Part shown: positions 25,531-33,430 of the stretch, one piece after another | How the letters are laid out: each line of letters opens with the position of its first letter | Position numbering within the stretch: the stretch's first letter is position 1 | Assembly: GCA_030527285.1 (NCBI GenBank) | Contig: JAUNBC010000007.1 | Location: 13,335-77,334 of the forward strand | From: Bacillota bacterium | Lineage (GTDB): Bacteria; Bacillota; Dehalobacteriia; UBA4068 | Direction: 5' to 3' | DNA length: 64,000 nt | Position numbers and translations under genes: made by a program | The notes under the pieces: model-generated | The model's database searches: none | What the model was told of the DNA's origin: nothing | The model's input: the letters and a program-made list of their open reading frames with translations, nothing else

Positions 25531-26550
25531 TCATATTTTATATATCCAACCTGCGGGCGCTTCGATATCACCTGTTTGAATACCAAACAGGGTATCATAC
25601 AGCTTGGTAATCACAGGGCCGGCCTCTGTTTCGCTATAAAACACATGCGGATTGCCTCGATACTCCAAACGACCGATAGGAGTTGCAAGCTTAGCCGTTC
25701 CGCATATGCCCGCCTCCGCCAATTGGTCAATTTTATCAATATAAATGTCCGTTTCAAGCGCTTCCATCGCACAATAATCGCGTGCAACTTGCATCAATGA
25801 CATTTTTGTTATACCGGGTAGTATCGACGGCGAGTATGGCGTTACAAACTTGTTGTCCTTGGTAACGCCAAAGAAATTGGCTCCGCCGGCTTCATCAATT
25901 TTTGTATGAGTAACCGGGTCGAGAAACAGGCAACCGGCAAACCCCCTACTCGCAGCCTCAGCATTAGCCTGCAAGCTGGCTGCGTAATTACCGCCGACCT
26001 TTATAGCGCCCGTACCATGCGCAGCCGCCCGATCCTGTTCGGTTACTATATAATTCACGGGACGCAATTTATCTTTATACCCCGACCCGACAGGCAGCAC
26101 AAATATAGAAAAGATATACTCCGACGCAGGTTTAGAACCTATATTATCGCCAATGCCAATAATATAAGGACGCAAATATAAGGTCGCCCCGGAACCATAA
26201 GGGGGGATCCATGCTTCATTCGCCCTTACAACCTGTGCGCAAGCTTCGATGAACTTCTCTGTCGCAACAGTCGGCATTAAAAGCTTTTCGCAGCCTCGCT
26301 GCATACGCTTTGCGTTTTCATCTGGCCGGAATAATTGTATGCCGCCATCTTGTGTGCTATAAGCTTTAAGGCCTTCGAAGCATTCCTGCGCATAATGCAA
26401 ACAGGTCGATCCTTCGCTGATAGTAATTTTATTGTCCTCGACAAGCTGGCCGTCATCCCAGCGGCCGTTTCGCCAATATGAAATATATCTCTTATCTGTT
26501 TTGATATAGCTAAAACCCAATTCCGACCAATCAATGTCTTTTTTTTGCAT
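25531..26550 (-). CDS. ilvE: Branched-chain-amino-acid aminotransferase (fold type IV, long form)
   Basis: 339 aa. Contains CFEGLKAY, YLRPYIIG, GGNYAAS and GITK, which match class-IV BCAT motifs. Confidence 0.8.
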   Translation of the reverse strand: MQKKDIDWSELGFSYIKTDKRYISYWRNGRWDDGQLVEDNKITISEGSTCLHYAQECFEGLKAYSTQDGGIQLFRPDENAKRMQRGCEKLLMPTVATEKFIEACAQVVRANEAWIPPYGSGATLYLRPYIIGIGDNIGSKPASEYIFSIFVLPVGSGYKDKLRPVNYIVTEQDRAAAHGTGAIKVGGNYAASLQANAEAASRGFAGCLFLDPVTHTKIDEAGGANFFGVTKDNKFVTPYSPSILPGITKMSLMQVARDYCAMEALETDIYIDKIDQLAEAGICGTAKLATPIGRLEYRGNPHVFYSETEAGPVITKLYDTLFGIQTGDIEAPAGWIYKI

Positions 26551-26603
26551 ACTGTTCTCCCTTTATATTACCTCTGACATAAAACCCGATATCGGTGTCC
26601 AGA

Positions 26604-27791
26604 TTAACGGCCGTTATAAACAGCCAAAGCCGCTTCAATACCTTGTCCCACGGAAACCTTGAATTTCTGATCTAACAAAGCATCGCTCAAGGCTGCTAAT
26701 AACTGTATAACGTTGTTCCTTTTTGATGATTCTCCCATCAGGCCAACTCTCCATGCCTTGCCCTTGAAATCTCCAAGCCCTCCGCCGATTTCAATGCCGT
26801 ATTTGGTCAGCAAAAAGCTCCGTACCAAAGCATCGTTGACTCCATCGGGAATATTGACCGCGTTTAAGGTAGGCAGCCGGTGTTCTTTATTTTTAACCGT
26901 CATGCTGAGGCCCATTGCCTCGATGCCGGCAACAAAAGCGTCGGAATTCAACTGATGCCTGGCAAAGCGCGCCGTTAGCCCTTCTTCATACACCATCAGC
27001 AAAGCCTCTCTCAGTCCATAAACCATATTGATAGGCGCCGTATGATGATATAATCTCTCCTGGCCCCAATAATTCTTAATCATATTTAGATCAAAATACC
27101 AACTGCTGACTTTAGTTTTTCTATTGCCGATAACCTCCACTGCCTTATCGTTAAAAGTTACTGGAGATAAACCGGGCGGGCAACTCAGAGCCTTCTGCGT
27201 ACCGCTATAACAAGCGTCTATACCCCATTCATCAATTTTTAACTCCACGCCGCCTAAAGAAGTAACCGCATCAACAACAAACAGAGCATTATACTCTTTA
27301 GCGATTTCCGATATCTTCTCCAAGGGCTGTTTAACGCCGGTAGAAGTTTCCGCATGAACAATAGCGACCAATTTGATATCCTTATGCGCTTTAAAAGCCT
27401 CGCGTACTTTTTCCGGATCGATCGCTTCACCCATACTCGCTTCCACGCTAACGACCTTTGCGCCAAACCGCCCGGCCGCATCTCTAAGCCTTTCGCCAAA
27501 AACGCCACACACACAAATAATTACTTTATCCCCTGGTTCTATCAAATTGACCATTACCGTTTCCATACCGGCGCTTCCCGTTCCGGACATCGGTAAAGTC
27601 AGCGCATTTTTTGTTTGAAAAACATATCTTAACAATTCCATGCTTTCATTAGCAATTTCGAAAAAATTGGGATCTAAATGCCCATACAAAGGGTGAGACA
27701 TTGCGCTTAGAACCCGTGGCGATACTTCCACCGGCCCCGGCCCTAATAATAATCTATACTCGGATGATAATTGCGCGTACTGCTTTTTCAA
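26604..27791 (-). CDS. Class V aminotransferase (alanine/serine-glyoxylate, PucG-like)
   Basis: LLLGPGPVEV N-terminus and SGTQKAL (PLP Lys) motif. Best start is a TTG at 27791, 7 nt after GGAGGTG; the track ATG at 27824 is an alternative. Confidence 0.8.
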   Translation of the reverse strand: MKKQYAQLSSEYRLLLGPGPVEVSPRVLSAMSHPLYGHLDPNFFEIANESMELLRYVFQTKNALTLPMSGTGSAGMETVMVNLIEPGDKVIICVCGVFGERLRDAAGRFGAKVVSVEASMGEAIDPEKVREAFKAHKDIKLVAIVHAETSTGVKQPLEKISEIAKEYNALFVVDAVTSLGGVELKIDEWGIDACYSGTQKALSCPPGLSPVTFNDKAVEVIGNRKTKVSSWYFDLNMIKNYWGQERLYHHTAPINMVYGLREALLMVYEEGLTARFARHQLNSDAFVAGIEAMGLSMTVKNKEHRLPTLNAVNIPDGVNDALVRSFLLTKYGIEIGGGLGDFKGKAWRVGLMGESSKRNNVIQLLAALSDALLDQKFKVSVGQGIEAALAVYNGR

Positions 27792-28046
27792 AAGAAACAC
27801 CTCCAAAATAGACGATTTAATCATAGTAAATATACATTTACTGTTATTAAATTATCTATTTCTTCATCTTTGCAAATTCTCCTTCTTTTTCTCAACATTT
27901 TTTGTATTGTGTTTGCCAGTAAGAAAATTACGCGATTGGCACGAAAGCTAAGCGTGTATCAGCATGATCATATATACCTTTTTATTCCGATAGCGTCGGT
28001 TACGCCAATAAACAGTTCACGCTTTGCTCAGCCGGCATTACGCCAT

Positions 28047-28090
28047 AAAAAACAAGTCGGGAAAGCTTTTTTCATCGCTTGCCCGACCGA
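28047..28090 (-). terminator. Terminator after the IclR gene
   Basis: Minus strand: GTCGGGCAAGC-GATGAAAAAA-GCTTTCCCGAC followed by TTGTTTTTT. Confidence 0.5.
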
Positions 28091-28210
28091 TATGTTTTAA
28101 CTAAGTATCTTCGACAGTCTTATCTCCACTTTCGTCATTTCTTTTCATGTCAAGGACTATCGTTTACAGATATGTTGCCCAACAACAATAAGATAAACTA
28201 CGCCATCAAG

Positions 28211-29008
28211 CTAAATCTGCTTATTTATATAACCTAACCTATGCGATAACTCATTTGTCGTATCAATGACATTACTTATTATATTATGCAGATCTTTTTC
28301 CACTAATCTTGAAGTGGGGCCGGCAATACTAATAGCGGCGATAACTTCGCAATTGCAATCAAAAACAGGGGCGGCGACACAAGTAACGCCGACTTCACGC
28401 TCTTCATTATCTAAAGCATAGCCCTTTTTAATTATTGACGCAAACTCTTTTTTTAGATCCTCAGCGGTTACCAGAGTGTTCTTGGTATACTTTTCCATCG
28501 TTGTAGCGCCAATTATATAATCCTGCACCTTTTCCGGTTTGTATGACAGCATAACCTTTCCCGCCCCGGTGCAATAAAATGGAACCCTGGCTCCTAATTG
28601 AGTGAACAGTTTTAGAAGATTACTGCTTTCCGCCTGCGCAATATACACGATATGATTCCCGTCCAATACCGACAAGTTACAAGTCTCGTCAAGCTTATTT
28701 CTCAATTCTTCTAAATATGTCTGCGCAATACTTGCAACAGTACTCTGCTTTTTGGCCATACTGCTAATCTTGAATAATCCAAAACCTATTCTGTATTTCT
28801 TTGTTTTACTATCTTGATCAATAAAACTGGATTGATGCAACGTATTAAGTAAATGATAAGTTGCGCTAACTTTATAATTAAGCTTATTACTGATCTCCGT
28901 GACTCCCAAACCATGCTCCGACTCGGCAAGTACAGTTAGTATTTCCGTTGCCTTTTGCACAGAAGATACGATTTTAGTGCTTTTTATATTCACGGATTTG
29001 TTTGACAT
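28211..29008 (-). CDS. IclR-family transcriptional regulator
   Basis: 265 aa. N-terminal wHTH (VQKATEILTVLAESEHGLGVTEISNKL) and a C-terminal IclR effector domain (CVAAPVFD..AAISIAGP). Confidence 0.85.
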   Translation of the reverse strand: MSNKSVNIKSTKIVSSVQKATEILTVLAESEHGLGVTEISNKLNYKVSATYHLLNTLHQSSFIDQDSKTKKYRIGFGLFKISSMAKKQSTVASIAQTYLEELRNKLDETCNLSVLDGNHIVYIAQAESSNLLKLFTQLGARVPFYCTGAGKVMLSYKPEKVQDYIIGATTMEKYTKNTLVTAEDLKKEFASIIKKGYALDNEEREVGVTCVAAPVFDCNCEVIAAISIAGPTSRLVEKDLHNIISNVIDTTNELSHRLGYINKQI

Positions 29009-29273
29009 ATAGATAATCTCCTTTATTCTATTAACGATAACACCGTATCCCTATTTCATACGCTATACAGAAATAGCTATGATAATGGTTTTTACTTTAC
29101 ATAAACAAATATTATGATTTCTATAGCAAAAAGTCAAATCGTTTTTTGAATTCGCTTTATAAGCATTACATTATGGCAAACTTTTACGAACCCTTCTTCC
29201 GGACATAAAGAGATTTTTCGCATAATCCATCTTCGATCACGTGCTGCGCAACAAGCGTGATAACTTGTGGTTT

Positions 29274-29307
29274 GAAAAATCGGCGGGCAAAAAAGCTACC
29301 CGCCGAT
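29274..29307 (-). terminator. Terminator after the small membrane protein gene
   Basis: Minus strand: ATCGGCGGG-TAGCTTTTTTG-CCCGCCGAT followed by TTTTTC. Confidence 0.5.
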
Positions 29308-29360
29308 GTGCTTAATCGCCCCGACAAAGCGGGTGCTGTCTGATTATTCCACAAGCTCAA

Positions 29361-29591
29361 TTATTTGCTCTCATCCGTTTCATCCTTTTTCAGAGATTCG
29401 ATTTTTTCAAGCACAATCACTGTGCATCCCACGATAATTCCCGAAAGAAGAATAATCCCCGCATAAAGAGGATAAATAAAACTCTGCTCTACTCCTCCGC
29501 CAATGATAGGCTTAAAAATCAGCCCCCAAAATCCACCACATAGAATCATCGCGACAAACATTGCCGTCATGGTTATCAGCACCTTTTTCAT
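29361..29591 (-). CDS. Small two-TM membrane protein, unknown function
   Basis: 76 aa, two hydrophobic helices and an acidic tail. Very AT-rich. Confidence 0.5.
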   Translation of the reverse strand: MKKVLITMTAMFVAMILCGGFWGLIFKPIIGGGVEQSFIYPLYAGIILLSGIIVGCTVIVLEKIESLKKDETDESK

Positions 29592-29673
29592 ACGATCACA
29601 TTCTCCTTATCAAATTCCGATTTACGACATCCCGACAAAAGAGATATTATTGATTAGTGCGATAGAGAAATAA

Positions 29674-30084
29674 TTACTGAATACCTCCGCCGCTCAGGTT
29701 GTAGAGATCGGTAATATCTTCTCCTGCTTCATTATAAAGAATGATACTGTCTCTATCCACATGGTCATCCTCAACGCGATCATCTATTTTTGTATAGCAC
29801 AGGAAATGGTCTCTTGCGCTTCCGTTCTCTAACTCATAGGTCCGGCCGTCAATCATAACCTCAATTTTGCGGATCTGAGCAGGCATATCCCGACCACCAA
29901 ACAGAAAATACTTTTCGCCGTCATTTTCAATGATACCGTCTAAAAAATTCCCATCACCATAGCCAAGGTGAGTAATCCTATACCGTCCGGTCAGGCCTTT
30001 CTCCAATGTCACAGTCCCTAACTGTTCTCCGATTTCAAGCAGATAGTATGCATGCCTTCCGATGCCAACGCCGCCATACAGCAT
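29674..30084 (-). CDS. Hypothetical protein, possibly 5'-truncated
   Basis: 136-aa ORF. The reading frame stays open for 29 further codons upstream (..VTVFAPAPEHIAEHYKQARNVEASPEI-M) with no ATG/GTG/TTG and no SD before the ATG. Confidence 0.35.
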   Translation of the reverse strand: MLYGGVGIGRHAYYLLEIGEQLGTVTLEKGLTGRYRITHLGYGDGNFLDGIIENDGEKYFLFGGRDMPAQIRKIEVMIDGRTYELENGSARDHFLCYTKIDDRVEDDHVDRDSIILYNEAGEDITDLYNLSGGGIQ

Positions 30085-30190
30085 AATTTCAGGAGATGCT
30101 TCAACATTACGCGCCTGCTTGTAATGCTCTGCGATGTGTTCCGGCGCAGGAGCGAAAACCGTGACGATTAATTAATAAAAAAGCGGAACA

Positions 30191-31336
30191 TCACATAGTC
30201 TCTCTATTAGAAGATGTCGGAATCTGCTCACAGTATTCCGCGCAGCACGCGTCAATGTCTAACTCTTTCTCTGTATTAAATGCTCCATTATCGTCATAGG
30301 AAATTATTATATCTTCATCAAGATCTACGCTTTTGCCGAGAATATCGTTGATTCGATCAAAGATATATAGCACCTCATCTTTGTAATTTTCCCCATCATT
30401 ATATTTTTCGAGCACAGTACGCACACAACTATGCTTATTAATGCACTTCATGTATTTGTCGCTCGTTTCGTTTGTATAATTATCTGGATCTGAACAATAA
30501 GTAGCTATTTCATCCTTTATCATTTCGACAGCTAATTGAACACTTTTATCATCTGTAATAATCGTATGAGTTGTAAACTGCATAATACCCAAGGACATTT
30601 TCTGCTTTTTTATCTTGAGTTTATATATTGCCCATATCCTTTCGCATAATCTTGTTGCGTTTGGGCGGCAATAATCCTCATAAATCATAATAGCATAGAC
30701 CAATGGATAGTAAAAATCGTATTTATTATCAGGGATGATATAGTTATCATATTTTTGAGACAGGCGGTGATACTTGTTCTTTATATATGCCAACTTTCTA
30801 TTTCGTGATTTTTCTTCATCGGTAATTATCTTTTGGTCAATGTTGGTCTTCAGCAGTTCATACACAAAAAATATTACAATTAACCATAGTTCCGTTTTTA
30901 TATCTTCCCAACTCACCCAGATATTAACGGAAGACGCTATTAAGGCGTTGTAAATAATACAAGCCAAGGCGCTGCCGATAATTGCAACTGTTATTTCACT
31001 TTTTATGTTTACGAGTTCTTTTCTTCGAAGAATATAAAAAATGTAGAACCATCGAAAAACATAATACCAAATTACCATTAAAAAAATGAGGTGAGGGGTT
31101 GTTTGGAACTTAACATTATAGATGTTGGCTAAAATTAGCATATATATGCTTGGCAAAAACACTCTCAGCCTGATGTTTAAGCCAAACGAAACTGATTCAG
31201 TATCCGCAAAAGAAAAGATTGCATACTCCATTCTGCTAATACCGCACTCTCGCATGTTTTTCCCCAATGCGTTAATCAGAAAAAAAAGAATTATGCCTTC
31301 CCAAAAATACGAAAAATATAAAATCGATAATGCCAT
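30191..31336 (-). CDS. Membrane protein with a C-terminal SLT-like (lytic transglycosylase) motif set
   Basis: 381 aa. The N-terminal ~170 aa has about 5 TM helices. The C-domain carries IMIYEDY.., SLGIMQF and EKYNDGENY, resembling SLT motifs ES / GLMQ / AYNxG. About 35% GC in a sampled line. Confidence 0.45.
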   Translation of the reverse strand: MALSILYFSYFWEGIILFFLINALGKNMRECGISRMEYAIFSFADTESVSFGLNIRLRVFLPSIYMLILANIYNVKFQTTPHLIFLMVIWYYVFRWFYIFYILRRKELVNIKSEITVAIIGSALACIIYNALIASSVNIWVSWEDIKTELWLIVIFFVYELLKTNIDQKIITDEEKSRNRKLAYIKNKYHRLSQKYDNYIIPDNKYDFYYPLVYAIMIYEDYCRPNATRLCERIWAIYKLKIKKQKMSLGIMQFTTHTIITDDKSVQLAVEMIKDEIATYCSDPDNYTNETSDKYMKCINKHSCVRTVLEKYNDGENYKDEVLYIFDRINDILGKSVDLDEDIIISYDDNGAFNTEKELDIDACCAEYCEQIPTSSNRETM

Positions 31337-31377
31337 ATGAGTACCTCATCATCCAAGTACTAACAGGAGAGTCTTTC

Positions 31378-31758
31378 TTACATCACATCTTTCAGCGTCT
31401 CCGCGCGGCAACCCTTGGCGGCGTAGTATTCCAGCACATCCGGGAGCTTACGCTTGTCGTAGTTGGTGATGCGGCTAACCGTCACGCCCAGCAGCTCGGC
31501 ATGTTTTACGACTCGCTGCGATATGTCTTCCCGGGCTGTCTCGGCAAGCGCTTTGATCTCTCTGTCGGTAAAGGCGGACGACTGCTTCGCTTGCTGTTCC
31601 TTCGCCATGCCCAAATGCTTTTCGATCCAGCCGGACTTTTCCGTCAGGAAGCGTTCTATATCTTTGTTTGCCGTCCGTAGCGGCGCGCGGACGATCACAC
31701 GCAAATCACTTTTGACTTCCACGGCTATAACTGCCCGTTTCCCAGAGTTCATAGACAT
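31378..31758 (-). pseudogene. Truncated DUF45/YgjP-type (M48-like) metallohydrolase fragment lacking the HExxH half
   Basis: 126 aa. The N-terminal layout (V..R..RVIVRAP..DIERFLTEKSGWIEKHL..LLGVTVSRIT) resembles DUF45. The ORF ends before any HExxH, 42 nt from the next gene. Confidence 0.45.
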
Positions 31759-31840
31759 CCTCCCAGCTCATCTGTTCAAATATATACTTCCTCTGTTCTT
31801 TTTTGCGCTTTTCCGGCTTCAATTACTGCTGACAGCAGAA

Positions 31841-32611
31841 TCAATCCATATATAATTGCTGCTCGCCCCAATACGCAAAATGAAATGGGTGATCTTCGCT
31901 CAGGTACTCATCGGAATATAGAAAAGTGATGATATCCATGTCATCAAACAGGTCAAAGACCCAATCCTTTGAGTTCTCAAAATCATCAGGGTTATCTGTG
32001 TCTGAGCCGAGCTCGATAAGCACCTGAGCTTCTTCATTACAGAGATAAATAATCAATTCTTCTAAAATGCTGTGCGCAGTCATTGCCATGCCATGTTTTG
32101 CCCGCCCTCGTAATTGGATAAGTGCGCACTTCATTTGATAAAGAAAGACATAATCATACCGCATCAGGAACTGCTCCGGAAGCTCTGGAGAAATAAATGA
32201 TGTAGGTAATTGACCAATATGAGCTCCAGCCGGCATAGACGCAAGATCTGATTGATCCTGTTTAATGTAATCGAGCAGCATATCGCTGCCTGCCGCAAAA
32301 GCCGCGGCGGCTCCGAGACCGTAGTTATCCGCAAGATACTGAGACCAAGCTTCGTGATCCCGGTATTCTTCAACCAGAGATTTTTTCTCAACATCACTTT
32401 CGCTATCGGGAAAAACACGCCAGTTTAGTGCTTTACAAATTCCTCTGCATTTGTCCCGGCGAATGGATTCGCCCGTCTCATAACGGCTCCAAGTTTTTGT
32501 ACCCACCCCAGCTCGCAAGGCAGCTTCTTCGATTGTCAGATTTAGTTCGTTGCGTCTAAGCCTAATCTTTTTCGCAAGTTCTTGATTGCCTTTAATACTT
32601 CTTTGAGCCAT
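31841..32611 (-). CDS. XRE-family HTH regulator with an unknown C-terminal domain
   Basis: N-terminus LAKKIRLRRNELNLTIEEAALRAGVGTKTWSRYETG (Cro/C1 HTH). About 180 aa of acidic C-domain with no recognisable family. Confidence 0.75.
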   Translation of the reverse strand: MAQRSIKGNQELAKKIRLRRNELNLTIEEAALRAGVGTKTWSRYETGESIRRDKCRGICKALNWRVFPDSESDVEKKSLVEEYRDHEAWSQYLADNYGLGAAAAFAAGSDMLLDYIKQDQSDLASMPAGAHIGQLPTSFISPELPEQFLMRYDYVFLYQMKCALIQLRGRAKHGMAMTAHSILEELIIYLCNEEAQVLIELGSDTDNPDDFENSKDWVFDLFDDMDIITFLYSDEYLSEDHPFHFAYWGEQQLYMD

Positions 32612-32635
32612 TTTGTTCCCCCTCCCTTACTATAT

Positions 32636-32700
32636 TGACATGTCACTATATAGCCATTATGTCATAAATGAAATAATATGTCAATATCAATATTTGATTT
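32636..32700 (-). promoter_or_regulatory. Promoter/operator region of the XRE gene with repeated TGACAT half-sites
   Basis: Perfect palindrome TGACATGTCA (32636-32645) between the -10 and the RBS. Upstream on the minus strand: TTGACAT..17 nt..CATAAT and ATGACAT. Confidence 0.45.
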
Positions 32701-32795
32701 ATACCCAGATAATATCAGCAAATATCTTTGTTAGAAACAAACAGCCGGATATAACCTAACCGTATGCTTTGTTTTTTGTGTTAGTCGCCATAACT

Positions 32796-32848
32796 TTTTC
32801 TGCCAAACAAAAATACCCCATCAAAAACCGATGGGGTATTTTTGTTTG
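32796..32848 (-). repeat. Distal copy of the 53-nt tRNA-Ser terminator block
   Basis: Identical, by my alignment, to 33210-33262 (TTTTCTGCCAAACAAAAATACCCCATCAAAAACCGATGGGGTATTTTTGTTTG). The proximal copy overlaps the last 2 nt of tRNA-Ser. Confidence 0.85.
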
Positions 32849-33068
32849 TGAGGGCAGATGAGAATGGATGCGACCGCACATAAGAACGAACTCTCGTCCC
32901 CGCAAAAAGTTGGTAGTGCAGCGGAGGCGTCGCGAGCGCGTTTACAAGCGAGCAGCCGCAGCAAACGCGACTTTTTGCGGAAAAGGAGGAGCAAGGAAGC
33001 GTGCAGATGACGTTTTTGTTGCCGAAGGCATAAAAAGCGTCGGAGCAAAGCATACCTTGCTCCGACGC

Positions 33069-33085
33069 GGCGGAGAGGGCGGGAT
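33069..33085 (-). repeat. Displaced copy of the tRNA-Ser 3' end (17 nt) with its own terminator hairpin (33032-33068)
   Basis: GGCGGAGAGGGCGGGAT equals 33262-33278 inside tRNA-Ser. It is followed on the minus strand by GCGTCGGAGCAAGGTATGCTTTGCTCCGACGCTTTTT. Confidence 0.85.
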
Positions 33086-33260
33086 AATGGGCACGGGACA
33101 AGTTTTGTCCTCGGGTATTACCGCTGATGTGAGAGCTACGCCGCTCAGCGCGTGGTTCGCGCAAACATGCCACCGGCATGTTTGCGCTCCCATTCGAATC
33201 CCTACGATCTTTTCTGCCAAACAAAAATACCCCATCAAAAACCGATGGGGTATTTTTGTT

Positions 33261-33349
33261 TGGCGGAGAGGGCGGGATTCGAACCCGCGTGGGATTGCTC
33301 CCAAACTGATTTCGAGTCAGCCCCGTTATGACCACTTCGATACCTCTCC
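33261..33349 (-). tRNA. tRNA-Ser (anticodon CGA), long variable arm, CCA encoded
   Basis: Minus strand: GGAGAGG..anticodon stem GCTGA/TCAGT with loop CTCGAAA..variable arm TTGGGAGCAATCCCAC..GGGTTCGAATCCC..CCTCTCCGCCA. Confidence 0.9.
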
Positions 33350-33430
33350 AAGCGATATTGCACAGCTAATATATCATACTTCGGCGGGAGGGGCAAGAGA
33401 TTTCTTGTCGCTCCCGCCGGACATTACCTT

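Larger units (their letters stand above)
18279..32795. other. AT-rich foreign-looking block (genomic island without visible mobility genes)
   Basis: Sampled lines are 40% GC (20401) and 35% GC (30661), against 65% at 40021. The block is bounded by the outermost tRNA-Val fragment and by the 53-nt repeat near tRNA-Ser. Confidence 0.6.

Noticed and set aside
33086-33209. Possible pseudo-tRNA between the tRNA-Ser repeats (GCGTAGCTC and ATTCGAATGGGA resemble D-arm and T-loop pieces)
   Set aside because: I could not assemble a cloverleaf with a matching acceptor stem. It is reported only as hairpin-rich att-proximal DNA in the tRNA-Ser finding.
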